From Selaginella moellendorffii (Eukaryota; Plantae; Lycopodiophyta), in contig NW_003314326.1 in assembly GCF_000143415.4 (NCBI RefSeq), positions 682,001 to 746,000 on the forward strand: a DNA stretch of 64,000 bases. The letters run 5' to 3'. The position numbers and the translations under genes were made by a program. Below the pieces are notes generated by a model. That model searched no databases and was not told where the DNA came from. It saw only the letters and a program-made list of their open reading frames with translations. How positions within the stretch are numbered: position 1 is the first letter of the stretch; every line of letters starts with the position of its first letter. Below, one piece after another: positions 23,945 to 36,821 of this stretch.

Positions 23945-26900
23945 TGTGAGACACAAATCCCTAAGCCCCAATTTGGAGCCGAAAGGGCACCACATGGTGG
24001 TGGCTGAAGTGAAAGCCAAACGAGCGTAACACGTTTGGATTGAAAGCTAGGTCAAGAGCGGGAGTGAAACTCTCAACGAAGTGCTCAAGGAACAAGCACG
24101 AAGTGAGCGATAAGTGAGTCTCTAGAAAAAGGACCCGAGATGGAGTTTGAGATGGTGTCCGAGATGGAGTCCGAGCTGGACCCGAGATGGACCTGAGATG
24201 GAGTCCGAGATGGAGTCCGAGATGGACCTAAGATAGACCCAAGATGGAATCTGAGATGGAGACCGAGATGGACCAGAGATGGACTTGAGATGGAGTCCGA
24301 GATGGAGTCCGAGATGGACCTGAGATGGAGTCTAAGATGGAACCGGGACCGAGACCAAGACCGAGTCCAAGTTCGAGGGCGAGACCGAGGCCGACACCGA
24401 GACCGAGTCCGAGTCCAGGTCCGAGTCCGAGTTCGAGTCCAAGTCCGAATACTAATACAGGCAGTTGGGTGAAAGCCCAAAGCGATTGTCCCCCAGGGGG
24501 GACGGGGGGGGGGGCTGCGGGGGGTTCCAAAAGTATAGTAGGGAGAGTGTGGGGGTTGGATCCCAGTGGAGCTAGTTTAGCCAGGAAAGGCTAGTTTGGC
24601 CCAGGAAGGCTATGCCCAGGTGCTGGGTGACGGGATAACCACTGGGAAGTCCAAGGCTAGAGTGAATACGAATTGACAAGTGGGGTAGCTTGGTAAAGTG
24701 TTCAAGAGCTGGCTCATACCCCCCTGGGAGATCGACTAGCCGATGCTCCCAATCCAAGTGTGGGTGGCACTACCTACTTGGATACCTGGTGTGGCTCAAT
24801 AGAACTCGCTCTAAGCCCATGGCTAAAGCACCCAAAGGCGAAAGGCAGGGAGAGTACCCATGAAGCCCACATAGGGCCACAGTGTTTCGAAATGTTGTCC
24901 TAAAGTCCTAGATTGTGGAAAGGAAGAGGAATAGTCCTCTAGTGTGGTGACCAAGGATACAGTCATACGGTGAGGAAGTCCTAGAGGATAGTGGGACTTA
25001 GTGGTCGGGCTTGTGGGCCTTGATCCAGTGGTAGTGTTGGCAAACATGGCCATGGACAGAAAGGGACTTAGTGGGGACCAGAAAAAAGATATTTAGGAAG
25101 GCTATTCCCCATGTTTGCGGGCATCCAAAGGATGCTAAGGAGTGGATCTGGGATAATCACTCATGGACAGATGGCCCAGTCTTTGAGAGACGGGATTGCA
25201 ATGCAGGTGGTGTTGGACCACCGGTGTGACCAAGGTGAATGGGCATAGCTATAGTGTAACGGGCTGATATGTCGGTGGTACCTTAGGGTGTCGGTCATGG
25301 GATCGGACACGTGGAGCACTTGGACCAAGTGCAAAGGTTGAGTGGTATGGATGCCATTCTCGGGGATAGCAAGCCCCAAGTCTGGAATAGGACTTATGGA
25401 GGTTGTGAGTGAGACTCCTCCAAGTAGTCAGAGGTGTAGTTAAGTGACTAAAGTAGAATGGAGAAATTAATCACGTACAACTTGGTATTGGAATTGTTCT
25501 TTAGTCCGACTTTTATTGGTGCTCAAGTATATCACCGCTAGTGTTGGCAGTGGAAGGTCCTAGGAGTGGGCCTATCCTTGAGGAGTAGCAGGTCAGGAAA
25601 ACATGGCTCTCCACTACAATTCATGTGTGAACTTGTAGGTGAAGCGGTGGATAGAAAAGGGCCAATAACGGAACAACTTCAGGATCTTGGGAACAGTATA
25701 AGGTTTTCCTCAGAAAGTTGAGGATGTGATCTAGATGAGCTTTTGACTTAGCAAACTAGTTAATGTAGTTGTGGTAAACAACTATAGTTGGGATCACGAG
25801 AAAGATAGAAACTCCAAAATAATAAAGGAGTCACAAGATTATCCTCACATAGTTGAGGCTGGTGCTCATGAATTTGAGACTGGAATTGACGACCGTGAAA
25901 GGTCAAGTACGGATGAGGACACAAATTCTTGGGGCTACCTTTTATAAATGCTAGAACAAACCCAAGGAGTTGGGGTTGTGCTCAAAGGATGAGTCAATAT
26001 TCTCATCATATGGACGGATAGTCCTAAGGGGCAAAGATAGCCCATAGATAACAGAAAATAATAAAGTCTTGGAGTAACACTTGCAAAGATGGTCCTTATG
26101 AGTAAGACATGAATACACGAAGTTGTATTTTAGTGAGCTGGCACCTCAAAATAAGACCTTGCGGGTCAATGGGTTAGCAAAGTCCAAAAATGCTGGATGA
26201 CTCGAGTAGAATCAAGAAATGGTCTAAGGGATTGGTAAAAAGCATTTGGACTAAGGTGTGTTGTGCCCTACGAAGGTTGGGGAGGATCATAAGATTCAAG
26301 TATGAGAACAGTGAGTATCTCATCGATGGCAGAATGTGCCATACTAAAGTTGTGGGAAAGGTGTTCCCATAAGAAAACAACTTTGATACAAAGTTGTGCA
26401 TAAACTCTATTGTGCAGTGCAAATGGATAGTTGGCATGAAAAAGAACTGTATTGGACTTGGTAAGGACCTAGACACAAGTAAAAAGTGTCATAAAAGTAG
26501 GCTCATGGAGCCGATGATGTGGAGACACCAAATGTGCTAAGGCGTGATGCATTAAGGTGAAATTGGCAAGTTCACGAGAACCCTTTCCCAAAGGAATCCT
26601 AATGGAAATGGGAATAGCATAGCCTAAGCTGAAAGGCATGCCGTTAGAGGGTGGTGACCGAAATAATGATGGAGGTGTGGAAGCACCAGTAATGAATTGT
26701 AGGACTTGACAACTATGAGGTAACTAAGCAAAATGTGCAAAATAATTGGTTAAACTGGTAGAAGGTAATTACCTAAGGCTTCTTATTAGGATAAAGAAGT
26801 TAAATATACCCTTATAGGGGATAAATTGTTTATGTTGTGATATAGTAAGTAAATGTCATAAAGGGAATGCTCATTGTCAAAAGAGGCCANNNNNNNNNNN

Positions 26901-29900
26901 NNNNNNNNNNNNNNNNNNNNNNNNNNNNNNNNNNNNNNNNNNNNNNNNNNNNNNNNNNNNNNNNNNNNNNNNNNNNNNNNNNNNNNNNNNNNNNNNNNNN
27001 NNNNNNNNNNNNNNNNNNNNNNNNNNNNNNNNNGACTTTGTGTCACGCTCCCCCTCTCAACCGCAGGTCGCAGTGAAGCCAAAAGCAAGTACTAAAGGGA
27101 TAGAACCGAACCATGGGAATCAACGGGCATAACCAAGGGTGGTTATGCAAGTTGAGAGTGGAGAATCAAGCGGGTGCTTGAGCATGTTGTTACTAGCGAC
27201 CGGGATGCCATGGAGAGTCTAAAACAGAGGATTGTTCATGTTAGACTATATGGCAATTGGAAAGCTTGCGAAAGAAAAGGCTTTAACAAGCTAAGGAACA
27301 GAGTTCCTTGAAGGTTCCCCTAGGTAGATAAGTACCTTGAAATCCAAGTGTAAATGGTTCATAGGGCGCGCGAAATCAAAGTGGCACAGTAGAAGCGTGG
27401 TCTTGAAGCTTGCTAAGAGGCGAGGCTATCAAGGTTAGGGAAGTAGTTGTCGAGTGTTCAAAGAGAGGGCTTTGAACGAAAGTCGATGGTTGAGGACTTT
27501 CACGCTTATACATGAACCATGTTACAGTTGTCGGATGACTTGTTAAGTGAGATTGGCAAGTCAGGGGAACAAATACCCTAGTTGAAGGAGCCAACTTCAA
27601 AGGGGTGGCCCATGGGGCCAAGCATGGAGGAGTCCATGCATGATCATAAACTTATCAAGTGAGAGGATTTGGTAGTGTGGAGGAACTAGGTTCCTAAGCT
27701 GTGATCTGTAGTGCATTTTAAGTATAAGTTGGTGTACTGGCATGGGAAGTCACACCAGGCATTCAGTGTGATGCCGTCCATAAATGCATATACGAAGGTT
27801 GGGTTTGAGTCCCGACCCTCTAGTGCTTGGGTTCAAGTCCCAACTCACTAGGGTGCAGTGATGGTTTGGAATATGAGGACACTCATTTTTTGATGGTCAT
27901 GGACTCTTAGTAAGGAGACTAGCTTAGGCACACTGCCAAGCGAGGGATACCCCGAAGTCATAATACACAGTTAGATTGCTTAGTGTGGCTCGGCATATTT
28001 AACTTGAACACTTTGGTGCAAGTAGCACCAAGGGTGTGGTGAATGAGATGGGGACACCCAATCTCAGTTGCTATGGACCCTTGGCAGGAAGGGCTGGCTT
28101 GGGTGCACCGCCAAGTGTGAGGGATGCCCCCAGGGTCATGGTCAACAATTTAAAGGTTTGGAAGACTTAGTATCTATTGGCAAACTTAATAAGGTGTCGA
28201 GGCTAAATCACTAGGTGACCTCACGACTAAATAAGGATAAGGTCTTTGTGAGGTTAAGGAATAAAGTTCCTAATTCAAAGTGTCAACTTAAACTATTGAT
28301 AATGGTGTGGCTTAGTCAAAATGACCAAATGGGAAGGACACCAAAAGGGAAATCAGTTGTGCCAATATGATGGTATAGCGAGTCCAAGAAAGTGGCCTCT
28401 AGGAAAGACCTATGGGAGGGTCACAAAGTTGGGCTATTGATGGAGCTTAATGCTAAAGAGACCTCCTAGGGGTGAGCACCCTCTGGACTTGGCAAAATAG
28501 AGCCTTTACCATGGAACCAAAATGATACTTCGAGAATGGAGGTAGTGATCCTATATTGCTTGGTGCAACAATCAACGAATAGGAGCAAAAGAATAGTGGC
28601 TAAGAAAAAAGCCATGGGAATCATGGAAAAGAATCCAGATGGCAAAGTTAGGCCAAAACACTAAAGTGTTGGGTGCTAACAGATTGTGGGAAAAGCAATG
28701 TGTTTCCAAGGATGGATTCCCAATTGCTTCAATTTGGCGAAAGCGGAAGCTTTAGAGGAAGGAGCGGTAAGGTAGCCAAATGATATAGCCATAGACAACC
28801 TTAGCACAAATTATGATAACTGGAACTTAGTGCCAAAGGTGGCACGAAATCAAAGAGAGGATGATGGTGCCCTCAAGTAGAGAACTTCTTAAGATGGGGA
28901 AGTGGAGTTGCACCATATGTGTAATGCAAGGTGTCGGAGACACTTAGGAAGTTGACTCTGAGAAGTTAAAATTAAAAGTTCCAAAGTGCAAAGGTTATAT
29001 CGATAGAAACTGAGACTACTCGAGAATAAGTAATAGGATTGATATAGAGAAGGTGTCTCTAACAAGTTTAGTGAGAACTAAACTAATAAAAAGAGAGAAC
29101 CACCACAAGTGGTCGAATAAGCCTCTAAGTTGGAGAGACTATGCTCCTTAGAAGATAAGCAAGGCATGATGAGCCTTTAGTATCAAACCATTGACGAATA
29201 TGGGCAAAAGGCCAAGGATGGAAAAGGTAATACAAGTTGGTATTACTTTATAAAATAGTTTATCGTTCGATGAGGACATCGAACTTCGTCTATGGGTGGT
29301 GGAGTTGTGAGACACAAATCCCTAAGCCCCAAAGTGGAGCCAAAAGGGCACCACGTGGTGGTGGCAGAAGTAAAAGCCAAATGAGCGTAACATGTTTGGA
29401 TTGAAAGCTCTAACTTGAAAGGTCAAGAGCGGGAGTGGAACTCTTAACGAAGTGCTCAAGGAACAAGCACGAAGTGAGCGATAAGTGAGTCTCTAGAAAA
29501 GGGACCCGAGATGGAGTCTGAGATGGTGTTCGAGATGGAATCCAAGCTGGACCCGAGATGGACCTGAGATGGAGTCTGAGATGGAGTCCGAGATGGTGTT
29601 CGAGATGGAATCCAAGCTGGACCCGAGATGGACCTGAGATGGAGTCCGAGATGGAGTCCAAGATGGACCCGAGATGGAGCTGAGATGGAATCCGAGATAG
29701 ACCCGAGATGGACCCGAGATGGAGTCCGAGATGGAGTTCGAGATGGACCTGAGATGGACCTGAGATGGAGTCCAAGATGGACCCGAGATGGACTCGAGAT
29801 GGAGTCCGGGATGGAGTCCGAGATGGAGTCTGAGATGGAGTCCAAGATGGACCCAAGATGGAGTCCGAGATGGAGTCTGAGATGGAGTCTGAGATGGACC

Positions 29901-31115
29901 CGAGACGGAGTCCGAGATGGACCCGAGACAGAGTCCGAGATAGAGTCCGAGATGAACCCGAGATGGAGACCGAGATGGAATTGGGACCGAGACTGAGACC
30001 GAGACCGAGACTGAGACCGAGTCCGAGGCCGAGACCGAGACCAAGTCCGAGTCCAGGTCTGAGTCTGAGTTCGAGTCCAAGTCCGAATACTAATACAGGC
30101 GGTTGGGTGAAAGCCCAAGGCGATTGTCCCCCAGGGGGGATGGGGGGGGGCTGCGGGGGGTTCCAAAAGTATAGTAGGGAGAGTGTGGGGGTTGGATCCT
30201 AGTGGAGCTAGTTTGGCTAGGAAAGGCTAATTTGGCCCAGGAAGGCTATGCCTAGGTGCTGGGTGACGGGATAACCACTGGGAAGTCAAAGACTACAGTG
30301 AATACGGACTAATAAGCTGGGTAGCTTAGTGAAGTGTTCAACAGTTAGCTCTAGTTCCCCCGGGAGATCGAATAGTCGATGCTCCCAATCCAAGTGTGGG
30401 TGGCACTACCTACTTGGATACCTAGTGTGGCTCAATGGAACTCGCTCTAAGCCCATGGCTAAAGCACCCAAAGGCGAAAGGCAGGGAGAGTACCCATGAA
30501 GCCCACGTAGGGCCACGGTGTTTCGAAATGTTATCCCAAAGTCCCAGACTGTGGAAATGAAGAAGAGTAGTCCTCTAGTGTGGTGACCAAGGATACAGTC
30601 ACACGGTGAGAAAGTCCCAAAAGACAATGGGACTTAGTGGTCAAGCCTGTGGGCCTTAATCCAGTGGTAGTGTTGGCAAACACGGCCATGGACAGAAAGA
30701 GACTTAGTGGGGACCGGAAAAAAGATATTAAGGAAGGCTATTCCCCATATTTGCGGGCATCCAAAGGATGCTAAGGGGTGGATCTAGGATAATCACTCAT
30801 GGACGGATGGCCTAGTCTTTGAGAGACGGGATTGCAATGTAGGTGGTGTTGGACCACCGATGTGACCAAGGTGAATGGGCATGGCCATAGCGTAACAAGC
30901 CGATATGTCGGTGGTACCTTGGGGTATCGGTCATGGGATCGGACACGTGGAGCACTTGGACCAAATGCAAAGGTTGAGTGGTATGGATGCCATTCTCGGG
31001 GATAGCAAGCCTGAAGTCTGGAATAGGACTTATGGAGGTTGTGAGTGAGACTCCTCCAAGTGGTCAGAGGTGTGGTTAAGTGACTAAAGTAGAATGAAAA
31101 AATTAGTCACTTACA
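23945..31115 (+). mobile_element. Non-autonomous LARD-like LTR element (family A)
   Basis: LTRs 23945-25479 and 29306-31115 (TGTGAGAC..TACA), PBS-like TGGTAT after the 5' LTR, PPT-like GGGTGGTGGAG before the 3' LTR, degenerate TSD GCCTT/ACTTT, no retroviral ORF internally. Hexamer (GAGATG/GAGTCC/GACCGA) arrays within the LTRs. Confidence 0.85.
26890..27033. other. Assembly gap (N run)
   Basis: 144 Ns. Confidence 1.
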
Positions 31116-33705
31116 ACTTTCCTTGTAGACAATATGGCTTAGAAGTATATCAAAATTTACAAAGAATGTACACTTCTTTGGATTAAGAGAAATGTTGTGT
31201 TCTTAACATTTTTTAAAACATTTTTGCAAGAAAATTAAATGTTCCATTTTGGAGCTAAAGATACTAAAATCATCCATGAAAACTCTCATAAAATCAGTGA
31301 GATATTCTTTAAAAATGTTTGTAACAACTCTTTGGAATATAAAAAGAGCATTGCATAGGCTAGAAGGCATTTTGCAATAGACATAAGCTCCCTATGAGCT
31401 TATAAAAGTTGTTTTATGTTAATATTCAAATGCTACTTCCATTTGGTTATAGCTAGAGAATCCATTTAAAAATGAATATATTTCATAACTTGCTACCGAA
31501 TCTAGAACTTTATTTGTGAAAGGGATAGGAAATATATATTTTTTCATTGCATTATTTAGCTTTTTATAGTTCACATAAACTCGTAACTTGCCAATTTTCT
31601 TAAACACAATTATAAGTGGTGAAAGTTATTGTGCATTTTGAATTGGATAAATGAATCTTACTTGGAGAAGTTGATCGATTTCTTCCCTAATTTTACTATG
31701 ATAATTGGGATTCATTTTGTAGGGCATTTGCCTCTTAAGTAGATTTCCCAAAAGTATCTCGATGTGATATGCACAAAGTTCTAGTGGGATGCCTTCTAAA
31801 TATATGTAAAACTAGGCAAAAATGTTTTTGTAGTCTTTTAGTGGATTTATGGCCTGATTCTAAAATTTTCTTTGCAATCCTTGAGCAATTGTGATAATAT
31901 GTAGATTATTTTCATCTGCCAAATTGATTTGCTCAAGTGGTTGATCACAAGAAATATATATAACATAGTTTTGCTATTGATCAATTTTATCCATAGGATC
32001 CTCTTTTAGGGAGAAATCCCTTATTGCCGTATCAATCTTTGGTCTAAGTGCTTATTTACTAGATATCTATTTAAGTATTAAATAGAGATCCACTTCTAAA
32101 ATTGATTCAATTTTAGGGAAAGCTTTTAAGATTTGTTGTTCTTGGAAATCATCTAACCCTTCCTTTCAATCATACAATTGAGTTTTGAGGGGTTAATCTT
32201 TTCTTTCCAACTGTATAGTGGAGATGAGCAGAGATCATTTCTAGCTACTTTGCTCTATATGCATGAAATCATTTTTCTAGTCTTGGTTTGTGCAAGCAAT
32301 TTTTAGCTATGGTTTGCCTAGTAGAGTTGTGTAGGTAGCATCTTGTTATATCATTTTAAGTACAACATAATTGATTTTATACTTTAAGCCAGCCACATTG
32401 GTCAAGACATTTTTTATGATTCCAATGGGCTTGATGCTTCGGTTATCTGCCATTCATATATTAAATGGGGTTGGTCAAATTGGGCTTAAGCCTAATTCTT
32501 TGCAAATACTCTCTTCTAGAACATGTACACCTAACCCATAATTGATAAGAATTCCAAATAATATATTTTTACCAATCTTTATATCAATTTTACCAATTTT
32601 CAGCAAGTATATTTTTGCCTATAGGTATCTAAGCTTTATTAAGGTTTCTACAATAGCTTCTTTGTCTAGGATTGCATCAAATTCTAGTAATTGTCTCGTA
32701 GACAGAATTTTATAAATTCTTTGTAAGTTGTAATACTCAGGATTTACATCTAGCTTGGATAGGTAGACTATCTCTCTGTCTAGGAAAAATCCTGGTACTA
32801 TTTTCTTTTTGTATAGGTAACTCTATAGGTATAAGTCTCGCTTATACTATGTACCCACAAAGTAATCTAAGTGTATTAACACACCTTCTTTAACAATAGT
32901 AAAGGTACTAGAAGTTAAACTTCTGTATATCTTGAGCAAAATTCAGCACAAGGTCTTTGGCGTATAATAGTCAATTCCGGAATAACTTGCTTACTTCAAA
33001 TTGGATCTTACCCTTTGGCTTATACCCAACTTTGCCTTTACAACTGTGGAATTAGAAAAAGTGGCCTATTGCATTTGGCAAATTTTTGCTGAACCTCTTT
33101 TGAATGGATCAACACTAGGGACTAATTTGAACAGGGCGTGAAGATCAATTGCCCTATGGAATCAATACAAAGGTCAAATTGTCTAACATATGATAATCTA
33201 TTCTAGATCAATTTGTTTGTGGAAAGATGTTAAGTAGTTTTTCAAACTTGTGATAGCTAATTTAAGCTCTATTTCGTTAAAGTGGGAATTTTTATTATCC
33301 CACTTGTAAAATAAGGTTTCCAAACCTTTATATAGTATATAAATATAACAAAATTCAACTGCATTGAGGCACATGCCATTTTATTTTAAACAAGGAAATG
33401 TCTACTCAATCACTTCTCCTCCCCCTGCCACTGCTTTACCTCTCTCTTCTCCTTGTCATCGTCGTTCAATTTCTTTCCATCCTTTTAATATTGGCTCAGT
33501 TGCTCTGAGTCTAGGTGGAGCCCAAGTCCCCATTCAATCTTTACTTTCCCCTTATTAAGAAAACAACTTCGTAGACTTCCAATAACATGCTGTAACACTT
33601 CTAGTATAATGCAAATCCTCTCAAAGAATTGTCTTTTAATATTAATACAATGGCATGGAACCCCATGCCATAATAAGTTACATTTTTAAATAAATACATA
33701 CCATC

Positions 33706-35242
33706 TCAGACTGTTATTTTTTGCCTCCAACGCCTATACAATAATCTTGGAATTTCATCACTCTCCACACTATCAGGATCTAAACCCAATAGTAATGCCA
33801 TCTCTTTTCTAATACGTCCACGCTCATGTTCAGTGGTCGAAGAACCCATCCAGTTGAGTAGATTATGGAGATGCGGATAGTGCTTGGCTAGAGCTTCCGT
33901 GTTCGTGCCAATGTCTCGTGCAGACCCGATTTGTAGCACGTTTCTTGCTTGATATTCTGCGCGTGGGAGATGTATATGATAGATCGGAGGGGCGAGTTGC
34001 CTTTTATCAGACGGACAACTCTTGTCTTGAAGACTTTCTTCACCTCCTCGCCCACCATAATATCCACAACTATCTCTTGCATCGCCAAGCTAGAATGCTG
34101 CCTGGAGACGGCATAGAACCGGATGTTCTGATCGTCCAACACCTTCCTATTGATCAAGTCTGGAAACCTTGTCTCGCCCTTCATTGTTCGGTAGTAGGGG
34201 ATCACGTCTGCGATGTCGGGTGTTACTGGACTTGCCAGCATCTTCTGCTTCAGTTTCTCCACCCACTCATCAGATACTAGCCTGTGGTTGTATTTGCTTT
34301 GGATGTCGATACGGCTCACGTCGATTGTATATACTTTGTTGGAATAGTAACAAGTACTATTATCTGCGACGATTTTTGCTGCCTCTTCTTGCTCTTTGTG
34401 CTCTTTGCGGCTCTTCTTTTTGGTGGGTGTAGTGTTCGAACCCGAGGCAATGGCATCACCGAGTAGCTTCTTTTTTGGAGTAGGAGAGTCGGACGTCGGC
34501 TTGAGCTTGACCACCCTTTTCTGCTTCGGGGTAGTTTCCAGATCGACCCCCTTTCCCTTCGCTTCGCGAACTGGAGGCACTCTCAACGGCTCAATGTTGG
34601 AATATAGTTTTTGAACATCGCCGTAGGTGAGGTCCGTGGATTCCATGTGATCTTCATAGACCCGCAACGTCTTTGAAATTGTGGGCCTCCTGGACAACCT
34701 CTCCCTAGCTCCCTCTAGGAATTCCTCATAGCCGCTGCCCCCCTCCGGGAAGCCGCTAGGATGTGCAAGGTGGATCTTGAAGGCGGACGCTGTCTCTACC
34801 ACAAGTGCCAGTCCATATTCTTGCATGGAACTGCATGGAGTGTCTGTCACTTGGATGAGGATCCCCATGCATTCTTTTCTCCCACCATCTGTGTTGTACA
34901 GCCTCAGATCCTCGCCTTCCATCCCGAAAGTCCAACTGGTGAGCTCCTCCCCCTTCTCTGCATCCACATTGACAGTGGCTGGAAGAACGCAATTCCTCGC
35001 CTGTTCAGAAATGCACAACAATTAGAGCTGACAGATGAAAAGCTAGCAGCTGGAAATAACGTGAGGCCACATGCCATTCACCACTGCATCAGATGTCTTG
35101 AGGCTGCATCCTAAGATGGCGTGAGGCTACACGCCATCTGTAACCGGACTGCACTCGAGAGCCCAATCGGTGCATGCCAATGTTGCTACTGAATGGCATG
35201 TGGCCTCATGCCATTTTCTACTTGGCCTAAAAGACTTACCAT
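33706..35242 (-). pseudogene. ParB/Srx-like domain protein of the DNA transposon (spliced, probably disrupted)
   Basis: ATG 35242-35240, GT-AG intron 35239-35001, then a long exon 35000-33891 in frame (MARNCVLP..). After a Lys-rich NLS-like linker comes 'IDVSRI..NHRLVSDEWVEKLKQKM...FYAVSRQHSSLAM', resembling the ParB/Srx core (GxH motif, G>R by one transition). TAG at 33888-33890 with a protein-like continuation to ~33706. Confidence 0.6.
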
Positions 35243-35454
35243 TTGAAGCCGAATGGAGGCGTGACAATCGAGGCCGGACTCGCTGGCGAATGTGCACTGT
35301 GTGTGCAATGGATCGTAGCAGCAAGGCTACTCTGCCACTTACAGTTGGAGAGTGGCGCTGAAATCTCCCGGGACGCCAAGTGGGCTGCGTGTGGGTGGCG
35401 GAGTGGGCGGCGGAGTTGGCGGCGAAGTTACAAACTGGGTGTGTCTTGAAGTGG

Positions 35455-35690
35455 ACGCCGATGCACACGAGCGCGATGCGAGCACGATGCGAGCACGAGT
35501 GTGATGCAAGCGCGAGTGGACGCCGATGCACACGAGAAACCTGTAGAGAAGGTAGATGAGCGCGAATGTGAGTGTGATCGCGAGTGGGAACGCGATGCAA
35601 GCGCGAGTGTGCGAGCGCGATGCGAGCACGAGTGTGCGAGCGCGAGTGTGCGAGCGCGATGCGAGCGCGAGTGTGCCAGCGCGAGTACGA
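35455..35690. repeat. CpG-rich degenerate tandem array (GCGAGC/GCGATG/GAGTGT units) between the divergent transposon genes
   Basis: Visible repeats; a second GCGAGCGGCA cluster at ~36150-36252. Confidence 0.75.
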
Positions 35691-36441
35691 AGCAAAATGC
35701 AAAACCTAACCTCACACGCGCGAAATGTCACGACGGTTGGTAATCCCGCAACGTCATCATTCCTCGGACTTGGGCGCCACCATTAATTTCTAGATCACCG
35801 CGCGCATGCCGAACAGTTACACGGCGAATAATCTTGGCGCAAATTGCTGACATGGCATGGCAAAGTTCGAATCACTGACATGGCACAGCTGGATCGAGGC
35901 AAGGACATGATGTGACAAAGTTCAACCTCCGACAGCAAAGTCTAGAAGCTACTCAGTTTGAAATTTGTCAGAGGAATCATAAGATCTGGTTTGTCAGAGG
36001 ATTTGATGTGACGTTCAAGCGTGTGTTATTTTTGAATTCTCGAACTCATTCCTAGGTCTATCATTTTTGTGCGCCGTGTTCTTGGTTCCGCTGAGCGTAG
36101 TGAGCGCTGCTTGTGTAAGCGGCGTTGTGAGCTGTGGTTTATGCGTCTACGAGCGGTTGCGGCATTGTGAGCGCCATTGCGAGCGGCAGTTTATGCGAGT
36201 GGCAGTTTGTGCGAGCGGCACTACGAGCAGTTGCGGTGTTGCGAGCGGCACTATCTTTGGTGTGGCTACCGCTTCCTCTTGATATTTGGCACTTGTTCTT
36301 CTTGGTATGTTCACCATGGAATGGCTTAGTACCACATTTAGAAATGGCATGAGGCCACATGCCATCTTGGGCCCTTGCAATTTCATGGCTAGCGTATTGT
36401 CATGTATGTTTTTACTTGCCTGCAGCTGTGTGTATATCAAG

Positions 36442-36633
36442 ATGGCATGAGGCCTCATGCCATCTTTGGCCCTTGCTAGCCTATTGCCATATTCCTTTTG
36501 CCTTGCTGCAACTGTATATATTTTTGTATGGGTGACTAGTCACGCACACAAAAATATATACAGTTGCAGCAAAGCAAAAAGAATATAGCAACAGGCTAGC
36601 AGGGGCCAAAGATAGTGTGAGGCCTCATGCCAT
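36442..36633. repeat. ~190-bp imperfect hairpin capped at both ends by the 22-bp palindrome
   Basis: Arms 36442-36530 and 36543-36633 are reverse complements around GTGACTAGTCAC (36531-36542). Confidence 0.85.
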
Positions 36634-36821
36634 TAGTGGTACCACTAATGGCATGAGGGCTTATGCCAATTTTGTGAATGCGAAATTTCACGTGGGTGTC
36701 AATAGCATGTTTGAATAATGGCATGTAGCCTCATGCTATTGAGGTTGTTTGGTATGTTATGATTTAGGCCATTCTCTAATCATTTTTTGTATGGTCTTAA
36801 CTTCTTTTCTGCACTTTTAGA

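Noticed and set aside
24085-24594. Long Ser/Arg/Leu-Gly ORFs in the ORF track (also 29410-30202, 43045-43366, 53911-54616)
   Set aside because: They are translations of stop-poor hexamer arrays inside LTRs, open in several frames on both strands.
26786-27095. ORFs containing X runs
   Set aside because: Artefacts of the assembly gap.
35127-35786. Overlapping Arg/Ala/His-rich ORFs
   Set aside because: Products of the CpG-rich tandem array; no consistent frame or domain.
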